Notes under the pieces: generated by a model
What the model was told of the DNA's origin: nothing
The model's input: the letters and a program-made list of their open reading frames with translations, nothing else
Database searches by the model: none
Position numbers and translations under genes: made by a program
Part shown: piece after piece, positions 53,333 through 64,000 of the stretch
How positions within the stretch are numbered: the stretch's first letter is position 1
How the letters are laid out: each line of letters starts with the position of its first letter
Assembly: GCA_964016885.1 (NCBI GenBank)
Contig: OZ024740.1
Coordinates: forward strand, 303,800,001 to 303,864,000
Direction of reading: 5' to 3'
DNA length: 64,000 nucleotides
Origin: Eledone cirrhosa
Taxonomy: Eukaryota

Positions 53333-54132
53333 GTGTCGAAGCTCAGACATTAACAGTGTGGAGACAAGCAAATCGATATTCAGTTCCTCAAATCATTTTT
53401 CTCAACAAAATGGATAAACCAAAAGCAAATGTAAAACTTTGTCTTCAATCAATACAACGCAAACTACGAACAGAACCATTACTTTTGTCACTTCCATTAG
53501 GTAGTGGGAGTAATTTTGATGGTTTTGTTGACTTGATCACTTTAGAAATGTGGAAGTGGTCAATGCATTCTCGAGATGGAACAAAATTTCGTGTTGAAAA
53601 AATTAACAAATCTAATCCAGATCTCATTGAAAAAGTTATGTCATACAGAACACATCTGATTGGTCAGTTGTCTGATTTGAATGAAACAATTGCTGAGTAT
53701 GTACTTGAAGACTATGATTTAAATGATATTCCTGCTGAAGTTATATATTCAGCAATAAGACAAGTGACATTACAACAGAAAGCTGTACCTGTTTTATGTG
53801 GCAGCGCATTGAAAAACAAAGGGGTGCAACATCTATTGAGTGCTATTAATCATTATTTGCCATCACCTCAGGATGTAAAACATGACTTCTTAAAATATTA
53901 TGACAAAAGTTTAGTTTGCTTGGCTTTTAAGATAATCCATGACAAACAACGTGGACCGCTGACATTTCTTCGCATATACAATGGAGAATTAACGAATGGT
54001 GCTTCTATTTATAATGTCAACCAGAAGCAAAATGAGAAGGTAATGAGGTTGTTACAAATTAATGCTAATGAATATGAAGAAATACCCAAGGCAAATTCTG
54101 GCAGTATTGTTTGTGCTGCTGGATTTAAACAG
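53333..54132 (+). CDS. GFM2: GFM2 exon 4
   Basis: GVEAQTLTVWRQA..FLNKMDK..GSALKNKGVQ..LAFKIIHDKQRGPLTFLRIYNG; donor CAG|gtttgt. Confidence 0.95.
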
Positions 54133-55232
54133 GTTTGTTAATGCTTCTTTTTCCAATATCTATGGTTTTTATGCCAATTTTGTGAGTTTAATTTGAATAA
54201 GATTTCTGTTTTCAAAAAAATATATACCACTTCAAAAAATATATATATACAGGATGTTTATGAAAAACATTTGAGAGCTTTTTGCTATAAAGTTTTAAGG
54301 CTGTAACCAACGTCACACACCTAACCCCAACAAATGCAAGAGGAAGTGTTTCTTGCTCCTTAGCAAAAGTAGGGCGATATCTAGTTGTGATAAATGCTAA
54401 ACAGTGAGAAACAACACGTTGTCGATTACTTCCCTTTGCATTTGCTGACGTTAGGTGTGACATTGGTTGGTTACCACCTTAAAAATTCTTAGCGAATGGT
54501 TCTCAAATATTTTTCATAAATATCCCGTATATTATTCAATATATGATACATAAAATGTCTGGCAACTGATTTGGTAGACACCCACAAGATTATTAACCAT
54601 CTTTCCAACAACAACCCTGAACACCTTTTTGAATTCCATGTGTCTAACACCCATGGACATGATTACAAAATCAGAAAGCAGTACAGCTCCCATGACTTTC
54701 AGAAACATTTTTTCATGCTCAGAGTTGCTGAAGCATGGAACAAACTACCTGCACTAGTTGTTAGTTGTTGGGACACTGCATCCTTCAAAACTTCCATGCT
54801 TCCCAAAATTCTCCAACATTACACCTGATATTCCCTCTCCATACACATGCATGCATGTGTGTGTCTGTGTGTATATCATGACTCATACACTTTTCACTTT
54901 CCTGACATTTTACATTATTCTATGTACTATACATGCACATTTGATGAGTTGTAGTGCACCTGAGTACTGTACACAATAATTTTCATTATTATTATTACTA
55001 TTTTGTTTATAATAGGGTGGTGGATTGACAGTATCGGTAGAGGGTTGGACGCCATGTTTTGCAGCATAGAGTTACGGCCCTTTATGATCTGAGTTCAAAT
55101 CCCATTGAGGTTAACTTTGCTTTTCATCCTTACGAGGTCGATAAAATAAAGTACCAGTAATGCACTGGGATAATTGCTGGCCTTGTGCCAAAAGTAGAAA
55201 CGATTATTATTATTTTGTTTGTTTGTTTTCAG

Positions 55233-55660
55233 ACAATCACAGGCGACACCCTTGTAACAAGTTATGCAACAGCTAATGCTGCCATGAAACTTTACAAGAA
55301 AGAACATTTAAGTAATGTTGATAGAGAAGATGGGGCAGATCTGCAAACAAATGAAGAAGAAAGTAACAGTATAGACAGCCCAATTTTGGCTGGCTTAGAT
55401 ATCCCAGACCCTGTGTTCTTCTGTTCTATTGAAGCTGAGACTATATCAGAGCAGAAACAGTTAGATACTGCTCTTGAATGTCTTCAAAAAGAAGACCCCA
55501 CTTTATCTGTGAAAATTAACCCTGACACAGGAGAAACTGTACTATGTGGCATGGGTGAATTACATTTGGATATTGTACGCAACAGAATTAAGCATGAATA
55601 TAACTTAGACGTTCATCTTGGAACACTGCAAGTGGCTTACATGGAAACCATCAAAGAGGC
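55233..55660 (+). CDS. GFM2: GFM2 exon 5
   Basis: TITGDTL..PDPVFFCSIE..EDPTL..GMGELHLDI..QVAYMETI; donor GC|gtaagg. Confidence 0.93.
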
Positions 55661-57664
55661 GTAAGGAATATTTTTATTTATTCTTATATAGTAATTGGTG
55701 GAGATGCATGGCCTAGTGGTAAAGGTGTTGGACTTACGATTATAATGTCATGGGTTCAATTCTTGGGTTGGGCTGTGTGTTGTGTTCTTGAGCAAAACAC
55801 TTTATTTTACATTGCTCCAGTATACTCAGCTGAAAATGAGTACCAGCAATAACTGGGGGTTTAACCCTGCAATGGACTGGTGTCTCTGTCCAGGGGAAGT
55901 CTTGTACTCTCAGTTGCCACACACCATGAAACTAGGATAACCACTGACCTGATAAGCCACCTAATTTGAAACAGACTTTAGATTAGACTTATATGGTCAT
56001 TGGATATTTAGAGTGTTGGCTAATGTAGATTTTGGATTTATAAACATTTTATTTCTACAATTATTTTCTTGCAATTATCACCATCATAATTATCACAAAG
56101 AAATAATTCTGTTTTTCATAAGAGATTTAGTCTTAATGTATAAATCCAACAAATCTCCCTTTCAGATTTACATTGTACTCTCAGGTCTCCAATAATAGTC
56201 GCTACCTTATTATTCCATTCACCCCACGCCCGCTTATTCAATTTTGCTCTTCTATCTGATGAAATTTTAATTTAAGTGATAGCATTCCTGCGACAATTAA
56301 TTTTCTTTAGACATTAAGACAAAAAAAAGTACATTACTAGAAATCCCATAGGTTATAAAATAAATAGAATGGGCTGGGATCTCAATATGTAAACTAAACG
56401 ATTAATTCTGAGTTTAAAAAAAAATATCAAGGGAGACAACCTAGAAAAATTATCGATTTTCCAAACCCCATCCCCTATTATTTGAGATCTGCGAGTATCC
56501 ATTGATCATAACTGCAGGAAGTCCTTATTGTTGTTTAGTTCCAGGTGGGTTAGCCAAGATATATTATTGCTAGTTAGAAACAGAGGGGAATGTTATGTTA
56601 CAGTAAGTCATGGGGCTACTCAAAAGACTTTTTATTTAGTCTATTTATGACAGATCAACTTCATAGTGTCAATGAGAATACAATGTAGAAATTTAACATT
56701 TCATATCAATGCACATTTATTAAACCTTTCATTGTCATATTTCTAATGAAATACCATGTATTTTAATTAATTAATGAAGATTTATTAAAATTATAATTTC
56801 ATTAAGATGGTATTTGAAACAACAAAAGTAGGAGCCCTTTAAAAATGTGTGGTTTCAAAAAACGAATGCATTTGGTAATGTGACCCTGTGTTTCCTGCAC
56901 ATAGGAAAAAGATGGAATAGTTATGGCTGGGATACTTTTGATCATAGATCTGCTCAGTGGAAGTTGACCTAGGGCTAAATAACAATAACAACAGTGAACT
57001 GATCCTGTAGCATGTTAAGTGTGATAGCCAAAGACATAAAACAGTATTGGTGATGGGTTACGAATCTCAGGCAGTGCACAGTACCTAGGAAAAAGGCAGG
57101 ATGATTGTATTAAGTCTTTTGATCAGAGGACTGCTGAACCCCTTTGATGCCAAATTGACTGGAAATTCCTCTGGTTTGGGGATACAAACTGCAAATTTTA
57201 ATCCTTTAGCGTTTACATTACTCTATATTTACTATTGTATTTTCATGGTAAAGGCTTTACCTCACATAATTATCTCCCAATCTATAAGATTTTGATATTA
57301 TTTATTTTGAGAAGAATATCTTAGTGTAAGTATGAGTGGCCGGTTACAACCAGTTTGAACAGAAAGAGGTGAGAGAATTCTGGCCAGATATGGCCGGTTT
57401 AAATGCTAAAGGGTTAAAGTGTTTATATTTATCTAAAAAAAAATTTCCATCATATTTCTTTGTAAGAATCTTTGTTCAGTTATGTTTCAAACACGAGCTT
57501 AATAATTTGAAAGTTATATTACTAAATCCTTCCAAATTGTTGATTATTTGAAAATCATAGGTAGTGTCTTTCATTAGAAATATTGTAAGGAAATGGTTAA
57601 ACAAAGCTAACCTGAAGTAAAACAACTTCTTTTATATCTTTCATTTTGGTTTTAAATCTTTTAG

Positions 57665-57864
57665 AGCTTATGTCAGTGAGGTTCTGGACAAAACTCTTGG
57701 AGAACAACGCCATCAGATGTATGTGGCATTATCTGTAGAACCAAGTGAAACAAGAAACTTTCAACATGTTAATTTAGTTCACACCAAAGAGAACAACCTG
57801 ACCCATATCCACAGATACCAGTTGAATGCCATCGAAAATGGTGTGAAATCAGCATTAACAGCAG
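57665..57864 (+). CDS. GFM2: GFM2 exon 6 (absent from ORF track)
   Basis: tttag|A AYVSEVLDKTLGEQRHQMYVALSVEP...AIENGVKSALTAG|gtacca; phases 2/1 fit neighbours. Confidence 0.9.
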
Positions 57865-58267
57865 GTACCAAATTATGATTTTATCTTTTTATTGTTTTCT
57901 TTTGTTTTCTCTGTTCAATTCTATTCACCTTAGCATTTTAGATAAGTTTCTGCATGGGGTTTGATATATTCATAAATTCACAGATTTGCAGAGTTTTTTT
58001 TTGGGGTGGGGGGGGTCCAAAGGGGAGAGCTTGTCTTGGATTGTTGAGTATGGATACATTATTTCATGATCTACACAGAATCAGGAGTCTGGGTTACAGC
58101 CGGATGGATGCCCTACCTAACCTCAATCCATATTTTATGCATTGGTATGATATATGCCACTCATATTATTTATATATGACATAAACAAACATCACCAGTT
58201 GCTTTAAGTGTTGTCAATATGAAGTCAAGCAATAAAATGACATGCATATATCATCATCATATATATA

Positions 58268-59190
58268 TAGTTGCTGAGACGCTGAAGGCATCAGGAGAAG
58301 TAGGCACTAAACTGGTTGCACGCATCATCAATCAAGCTATATATGGTGGTGTCATACCCAAAGACTGGTGCAGCAGTATTCTCATAAATTGCTACAAAGG
58401 TAAAGGGGATGCTCTGGAGAGGAGCAATTATAGGGGCATAAAGCTGATGGATCAGGTTATGAAAGTGGCAGAGAGAATATTAGCGCAACTGATTAGAGAA
58501 AGGATCAAATTAGATGAGATGTAGTTTGGTTTTGTGCCTCGGAAAAGTAAAACAGATGCCCTCTTCTTAGTGAGGCAACTACAAGAGAGGTTCTTAGAGA
58601 AGAATAAGCTACTATACTTAGCTTTTGTTGACCTAGAGAAGGCCTTTGATAGGGTACCCCGATCTGTCATCTGGTGGTCCCTACGGAAACTAGGTGTAGA
58701 GGAATGGCTTGTGAGGAAAGTGCAAGCTATGTACAAGGGTGCTGTCAGTAAAGTGAGAGTAGGAATGGAGTTTAGTGAGAAAATTCCAGATACAAGTAGG
58801 TGTACATCAGGGTTCGGTCCTCAGCCCGCTCTTGTTCATTATAGTCCTCCAAGCCATAACAGAGGAGTTTAAGACTGGATGCCCATGGGAACTTCTCTAT
58901 GCTGATGATCTGGTTCTTATAGCAGAATCAGTAGAGGAGCTAGAGAATAAAATCTGGCTATGAAAACAGCAGTTGGAATCAAGAAGACTGAGAGTGAACA
59001 TAGCTAAGACAAAAGTGTTGATAAGTAGAAGAGAGAACAATACTCTGATTCCATCAGGGAAATGGCCATATTCAATATGTAGGAAAGGAACTGGCATAAA
59101 TTCCATAAAATGTACGCAATGCAGATCTTGGGTACACATGAGATGTAGTGGGATAGCAAGCAAACTAACAGGTAGGGAAAACTACTCCCG
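58268..59190 (+). mobile_element. Decayed RTE/BovB-like LINE RT fragment (another at about 61110-61860)
   Basis: NYRGIKLM, AFVDLEKAFDRVPR, GVHQGSVLSPLLF, LYADDL. Confidence 0.88.
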
Positions 59191-61950
59191 CTTTTTTACA
59201 GTATCTATCTACCAAATTCCCTCGCAAGTTATTAGTAGAAGATACTTAACCTATAAACACCCAAATCAGGATGGGCAGATGAACTGGAATACCATTTAAA
59301 TGAGTCCCTTGTGTAGACTACTTTTTTAATGGATAACAATGACTTTATAATCACATCTAGTGGTTTTAATGGACATGTTGGATAATGCTGTGATTGCTTC
59401 CAATGTGCCCACAAAAGCTTTGGGTTGGGTACAAGAAATGAGGAGGGATCAATACTCATGGAGTTGTGATGCTAATGATCTGACTATCAGCCACACAAAC
59501 TTCAGAAAACCAGCCAGCCACTTGATCACCTGTAAGTCAGGCAAGTACATATACCAGATAGAATTTATTCCCATCTGAATTCAAGAGGAGTGGAACTCCC
59601 ACATAATTTGGTAGTTAGCAACTTTAGAGTTAGAGCTAATCAAACTCAGAAACAGAAGGCAATTTGGTGGAGAAGGTTATCATCACCATTTAACATCCAT
59701 TTTCTATGCCAGCATGGGTTAAACAAGCTATCCTATTGAGACAAGCCAGATCAGATGACCATGTCTTGCTCATACAGAACAGATTCTGGCTTGGTTTCTA
59801 CAGCTAGATGTCCTTCCTAATGCTAACTATATTTACAGGGTACTAACTATAAGTACTGGGTACTTTTGTTATGACACCTTCTCAACCACTGAGCTGGGAA
59901 CTCTTTGTCATAGCACCAATATTACCACTTTACAGTGTAGGCTGGGGGATGGGAGGTGCATGGAGATTGGAGAGGTTGAGCACTTATCTGGTGAAGAATG
60001 GGGTGTAGGGATGTGGGAGGTAGGGAGCATGGTGCATACTATATGTATGCTTCAACCCATACACATTGGAAGGTGGGTCTTCTGTATTACTGCCTAACAC
60101 CAAAGATCTCGATCCTCTATCATTGCCTTTGAGAGGTGCAATTGTGCAAGGTCAGCTTTTATTACCTCATCCTAAGTCTTCCTACTCTATAGCTTCTCTA
60201 TCTATATAGAAACACACACATATGTAAATATGATGATGATGATGATGATATATATATGTGTGTGTATATATATATATACACATACACACATACATATGTT
60301 ACATTGGACCTCAGTTTGTTTTGACAATAAGTGTCCCAGTGATTGCGCATTCCACCACACATATATAAATGTGATGATGATATATATGTGTGTTTATATA
60401 TATATATACACACACACATATGATGCATTGGACCTCAGTTTGTTCTGACAATGAGTGTCCCAGTGACTGTGCATTCCACAAACATATTTGCTCTTAATGT
60501 AATTCTCAGGGGTATTCAACAAGACACAGTATATATCAAGACTGACCCTTTGAATTACAGGTGAATGGACTGGAGCAATGTGAAATAAAGTGTCTTGCTC
60601 ACAATGTGTTGTTAGGTATCAAACTGATGACTGAGAGCTGAATACACTAACCACTAAGCCACATGTCTTTACAAATTAGCCATAAAAAGCAAAATGAAAA
60701 AAAAATGTTTATCTTTTCAATTAATGATTTGGAGAAAAAAAGTCCACTTATGTTTCTTTATTTGCATATGTAATCCAGTATTCAACCAGGTTTACATAAC
60801 TTGTGCAGCCAGTCATTGGGGAGCCACTGGTACAGCCAGTCATTGGGGTGCCACTCTAATTGTTTGTCTGTGTGTTCATCATGGCGTTTCAATGAGCCTT
60901 AAAAATGTTTGGCAGTGCCCATCTCCTCTCCAAGCGTATATTTATATATTTCATAAAATAAGTGAAGTTTAGCAAGATAATGTTTTACAAAATGTAGCCT
61001 TGTTAGATGTCAGTTAATTTCTATGCAATCTTGCAACATAAAAAGATCCCCCATCCCGGATATAAAATCTCTCCTAGCTTTCTATAATTCTTAGCTAGTG
61101 ATTAACTAAGAGTAAACTTCTGTACCTACCATTCATTGACCTGAAGAAAGCTTTTCAGTGAGAACCCCACTCCATAATCTGGTGGGATGTTAGCAAACTA
61201 GGAGTAGATGAGTGCTGTACAAGCCATGTACAGTCAGAAGGTTAGAAGAGTTAACACTGGGTATAGTAATAAGTTTAGCATGTAAATGAGGGTCCACTAG
61301 GGCTCTTTCATCAGCCTCCTTCTGTATTTTATAATCCTTCAGGCTATAACAAATAGGTTTAAGATTGGTAGTTTGTGGGAATTTTTATATGCAAATGTCC
61401 TAGTTCTCATAGCTTCATCCACAGAGGAACTAGAAAACAAATTCCAGATTTGGAAGCAAAATCTGGATTCAAAGGGCCTTAACCCTTTAGCATTTAAACT
61501 GGCCATATCCGGCCAGAATTCTCTCACTTCTTTATTCAAACTGGCTATCTGGCTGTTCATACTGATGTTAAGGTATTGTACTCAAAATAAATAACATCAA
61601 AATCTCATAGATTCGATATTATGAGAGATAAGTATGTAAAGTAAAGCTTTTACCGTGAAAATATAATAGTAAATATAGAGTAATGTAAATGCTAAAGGGT
61701 TAACGTCAACTTAGTGAAGATTCCATCAGGGAAATGACCGTTCTCAATATGCAAAAAAATGGAGTTGGTCGAAATTTGATACAGTAACATATGGGTAAAC
61801 AAGAGATGTACCAGTTTGTGGGCAGGTTAACAAAGAATGTAAACTATGTATGTGGCACACTCTGTTTTCTTTAATAATGATATTTTTTTATTATTATTTA
61901 ATTATAATTGCTTAATATCGTGTTTGTTTTGTTTTTCTATATTTATTCAG

Positions 61951-62117
61951 GTCTGATTCTAAACTTTCCTGTCATTCATGTGTCTGTATCACTTCATGAA
62001 GTCAGCATTGGATCTAGAACTTCACTTCCTATGATTAGTGCTTGTGTGATGACTGCAGTTCAAAAAGCCTTACTTAAAGCTAACACTTTTCTGATGGAAC
62101 CTCTTATGAATGTTCAG
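61951..62117 (+). CDS. GFM2: GFM2 exon 7
   Basis: GLILNFPVIHVSV..LMEPLMNVQ; cag/gta boundaries. Confidence 0.92.
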
Positions 62118-62595
62118 GTAATAACAATTTCTTAAATAAGCACAAGGCCATCAGGTGTTTGTAAAATCAACCTTAACATGCCACATGTGTATATTTATAT
62201 ATAACTCTGTGTGTAACTCTTGAAAATTTATACACAAACATACATGCATACAATGCATTTCCTATATCAGTCATGTTGCTACAATAAGTTCACTTTCTAC
62301 TTGTAAGATCCTGGGTTCTGACCCTAAATTTGTTCCTGTAAATAGTTATGTCTCCAAAGTTACTCATCATATATTTAATCCTGTATATCATTTGTACAAT
62401 GTTTTATGATTGGATGTTCTACTTGACACCAGCCCTTTTAGTGACTTCATATGATACACAGGAATACAGCATGCCTATTCTAAACTGAAAGCACACATCT
62501 TTATCTTATAAAATAATTTTCTTTATCTTGTCAGCCATAAATAGTTTTTCCCTTTCTAATGTGAATTTATATAAATGATGTTTTAATTCTTTCAG

Positions 62596-62865
62596 ATAAG
62601 TTGTGAAGAATCTTATTTGAATGGTGTTCTTGGTGACTTAACCAAACGGCGCAGTCAAATCCTTTCAATTCAACAACAGCAGGGCTTACAGATTATTTCT
62701 GCCCTAACACCAGTTTCAGAAATGGTTGGATATTCTACAACTCTAAGAACTATAACATCTGGAATGGCATCTTTCTCTATGGAACTTTCTCACTATGAAT
62801 CTTTAACAGCTGAGGAACAGGCTGAAGTTATAGAACAGATTTCAGGTTTCTCTCAAAAATACTGA
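62596..62865 (+). CDS. GFM2: GFM2 exon 8 (last coding exon); spliced CDS 2337 nt, 778 aa
   Basis: VLGDLTKRR..PVSEMVGYSTTLRTITSGMASFSME (EF-G domain V), stop TGA. Confidence 0.95.
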   Translation: MSCEESYLNGVLGDLTKRRSQILSIQQQQGLQIISALTPVSEMVGYSTTLRTITSGMASFSMELSHYESLTAEEQAEVIEQISGFSQKY

Positions 62866-62947
62866 TATATTTGGATAAATGAAATATTGCTTTTTATAGA
62901 CTAACTTATCAATTGTTCAAATATTGTGTAAATTAAAAATTGTAATG

Positions 62948-62953
62948 AATAAA
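62948..62953 (+). terminator. Candidate polyadenylation signal for GFM2
   Basis: AATAAA about 83 nt after the stop, followed by T-rich sequence. Confidence 0.5.
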
Positions 62954-63149
62954 TTATTTTTAAAGATAAACAATTCTTTTATCATTTAATTCGTTTTTTT
63001 TTAAATATTTATTTCAGTCATTCCAAACTAAGATATCATTATCGCCATCATCATTACATCCGCTTTTTGATGCAGCCGCTTGGACGATAAAAGAAAAAAC
63101 AATTTTATATAACATTTCGTCGTAGTTTTTTTTTTATTTTATTTTATAT

Positions 63150-63690
63150 CAATTAGCAGGCCGTGACCGGGGAGATGGCAAGCGTCCCAATGGAATCACC
63201 CATTCGAAGGAGGTAAATCCCTCATCTGGGATGCCGCCTGATGCGACACGTTCTTAGTCGCTTCAACCACAAACCCCGGTACCGCAGCCCGCCTAACAGA
63301 GGAACGGAAAATAAACAAATACCGAGGACTGTCCGGCCGCTTCCTCTTCGCACCTATCGCCGTCGAGACCTCAGGCGTAGTTGGACCACGTACAGTCGAG
63401 CTCCTCCGCAAGATCAGAACGTTGGCAACCCAAAAGGTGGGGTGGCTGTTGTTGCGGGTGTCACTGGCCATTGTCCGCGGGAATGCTTTTGCGCCATAGG
63501 CCCAGAACCAAATAATCCTCCCCCTCTTCATTCTTCTGTGACACTAGAGTTCTTGCCATTCCCTCCCTTCCCGTTTTGTTTTTGTTTTTCTATTTTCTCT
63601 AAATTTTCCCATCTTACATTCCATTTTTCTCAATCTAAATTTTCTTTTTTTTTTGCTTTTCCTATTTACATATATTCCATAAATAAAATA
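63150..63690 (+). mobile_element. 3' fragment of a CRE-like non-LTR retrotransposon (restriction-like endonuclease domain), disrupted
   Basis: Across a frameshift and stop reads DRGDGKRPNGIT/PFEGGKSLIWDA..DT..AARLTEERKINKYRGL..FAPIAVETSGVVGP; pyrimidine-rich 3'UTR and AATAAA. Confidence 0.7.
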
Positions 63691-64000
63691 TTATTATTTG
63701 AAAATTATTTCCCTTTAATGTGGTCACGTGTTATTATGGGATGGATTCATATATAAAGCAAATATTTCCTTCTTCCCTCCCTTTTATGTTGAATACTCGC
63801 TTCTGATTAAGTTCGTGTATATCTCAGAAAACTTTGGAAATGGGTCATACAAACCTTTGGTTCTCACATCCTAGACGATTTGGGCCAGGATCACGACAAT
63901 GGTAAGACTTTTTTCTGTTGTGTATATATTATACACACACACATACATTACACAATCGTATTAGACAAAACGTACAATTCCTTACTCCAAATCGCACATG

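Noticed and set aside
47343-62865. GFM1 or cytosolic EF-2 identity
   Set aside because: Motifs ([42 protein letters not shown], divergent domain IV) and 778-aa length fit GFM2 better.
63241-63756. 171-aa + strand ORF as a host gene
   Set aside because: Alternate frame of the CRE-like remnant running into its pyrimidine-rich 3'UTR.

Overview
Eukaryotic, AT-rich, repeat-dense animal DNA. The SINE families, (TA)n tracts and LINE content look cephalopod (Octopus-like), which is inference only. Two spliced genes point away from each other. On the + strand is a complete 8-exon mitochondrial EF-G2/ribosome-releasing factor gene (GFM2, 47343-62865, 778 aa when spliced). On the - strand are the first three coding exons of an unidentified single-pass membrane protein (14212 down to 867), whose first intron holds a near full-length Tx1/L1-type retrotransposon. 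The most unusual region is 17252-28025: a small hAT-type element (terminal inverted repeats, perfect 8-bp TSD) whose internal (TA)n tract has accumulated about 10 kb of nested inserts. These include a 4.4 x 593-bp non-coding tandem array with one type I hammerhead ribozyme per unit, using a compensated U3-A8 core (retrozyme-like), and a second unrelated hammerhead cassette. They also include several fold-back cassettes and a non-autonomous LTR element that appears to have captured a cDNA copy of its tRNA-Trp primer, with CCA and a substitution at position 58. The rest is Helitron, RTE, CR1, CRE, mariner, piggyBac and SINE remnants. All structures were read by eye, and boundaries of decayed repeats are approximate.
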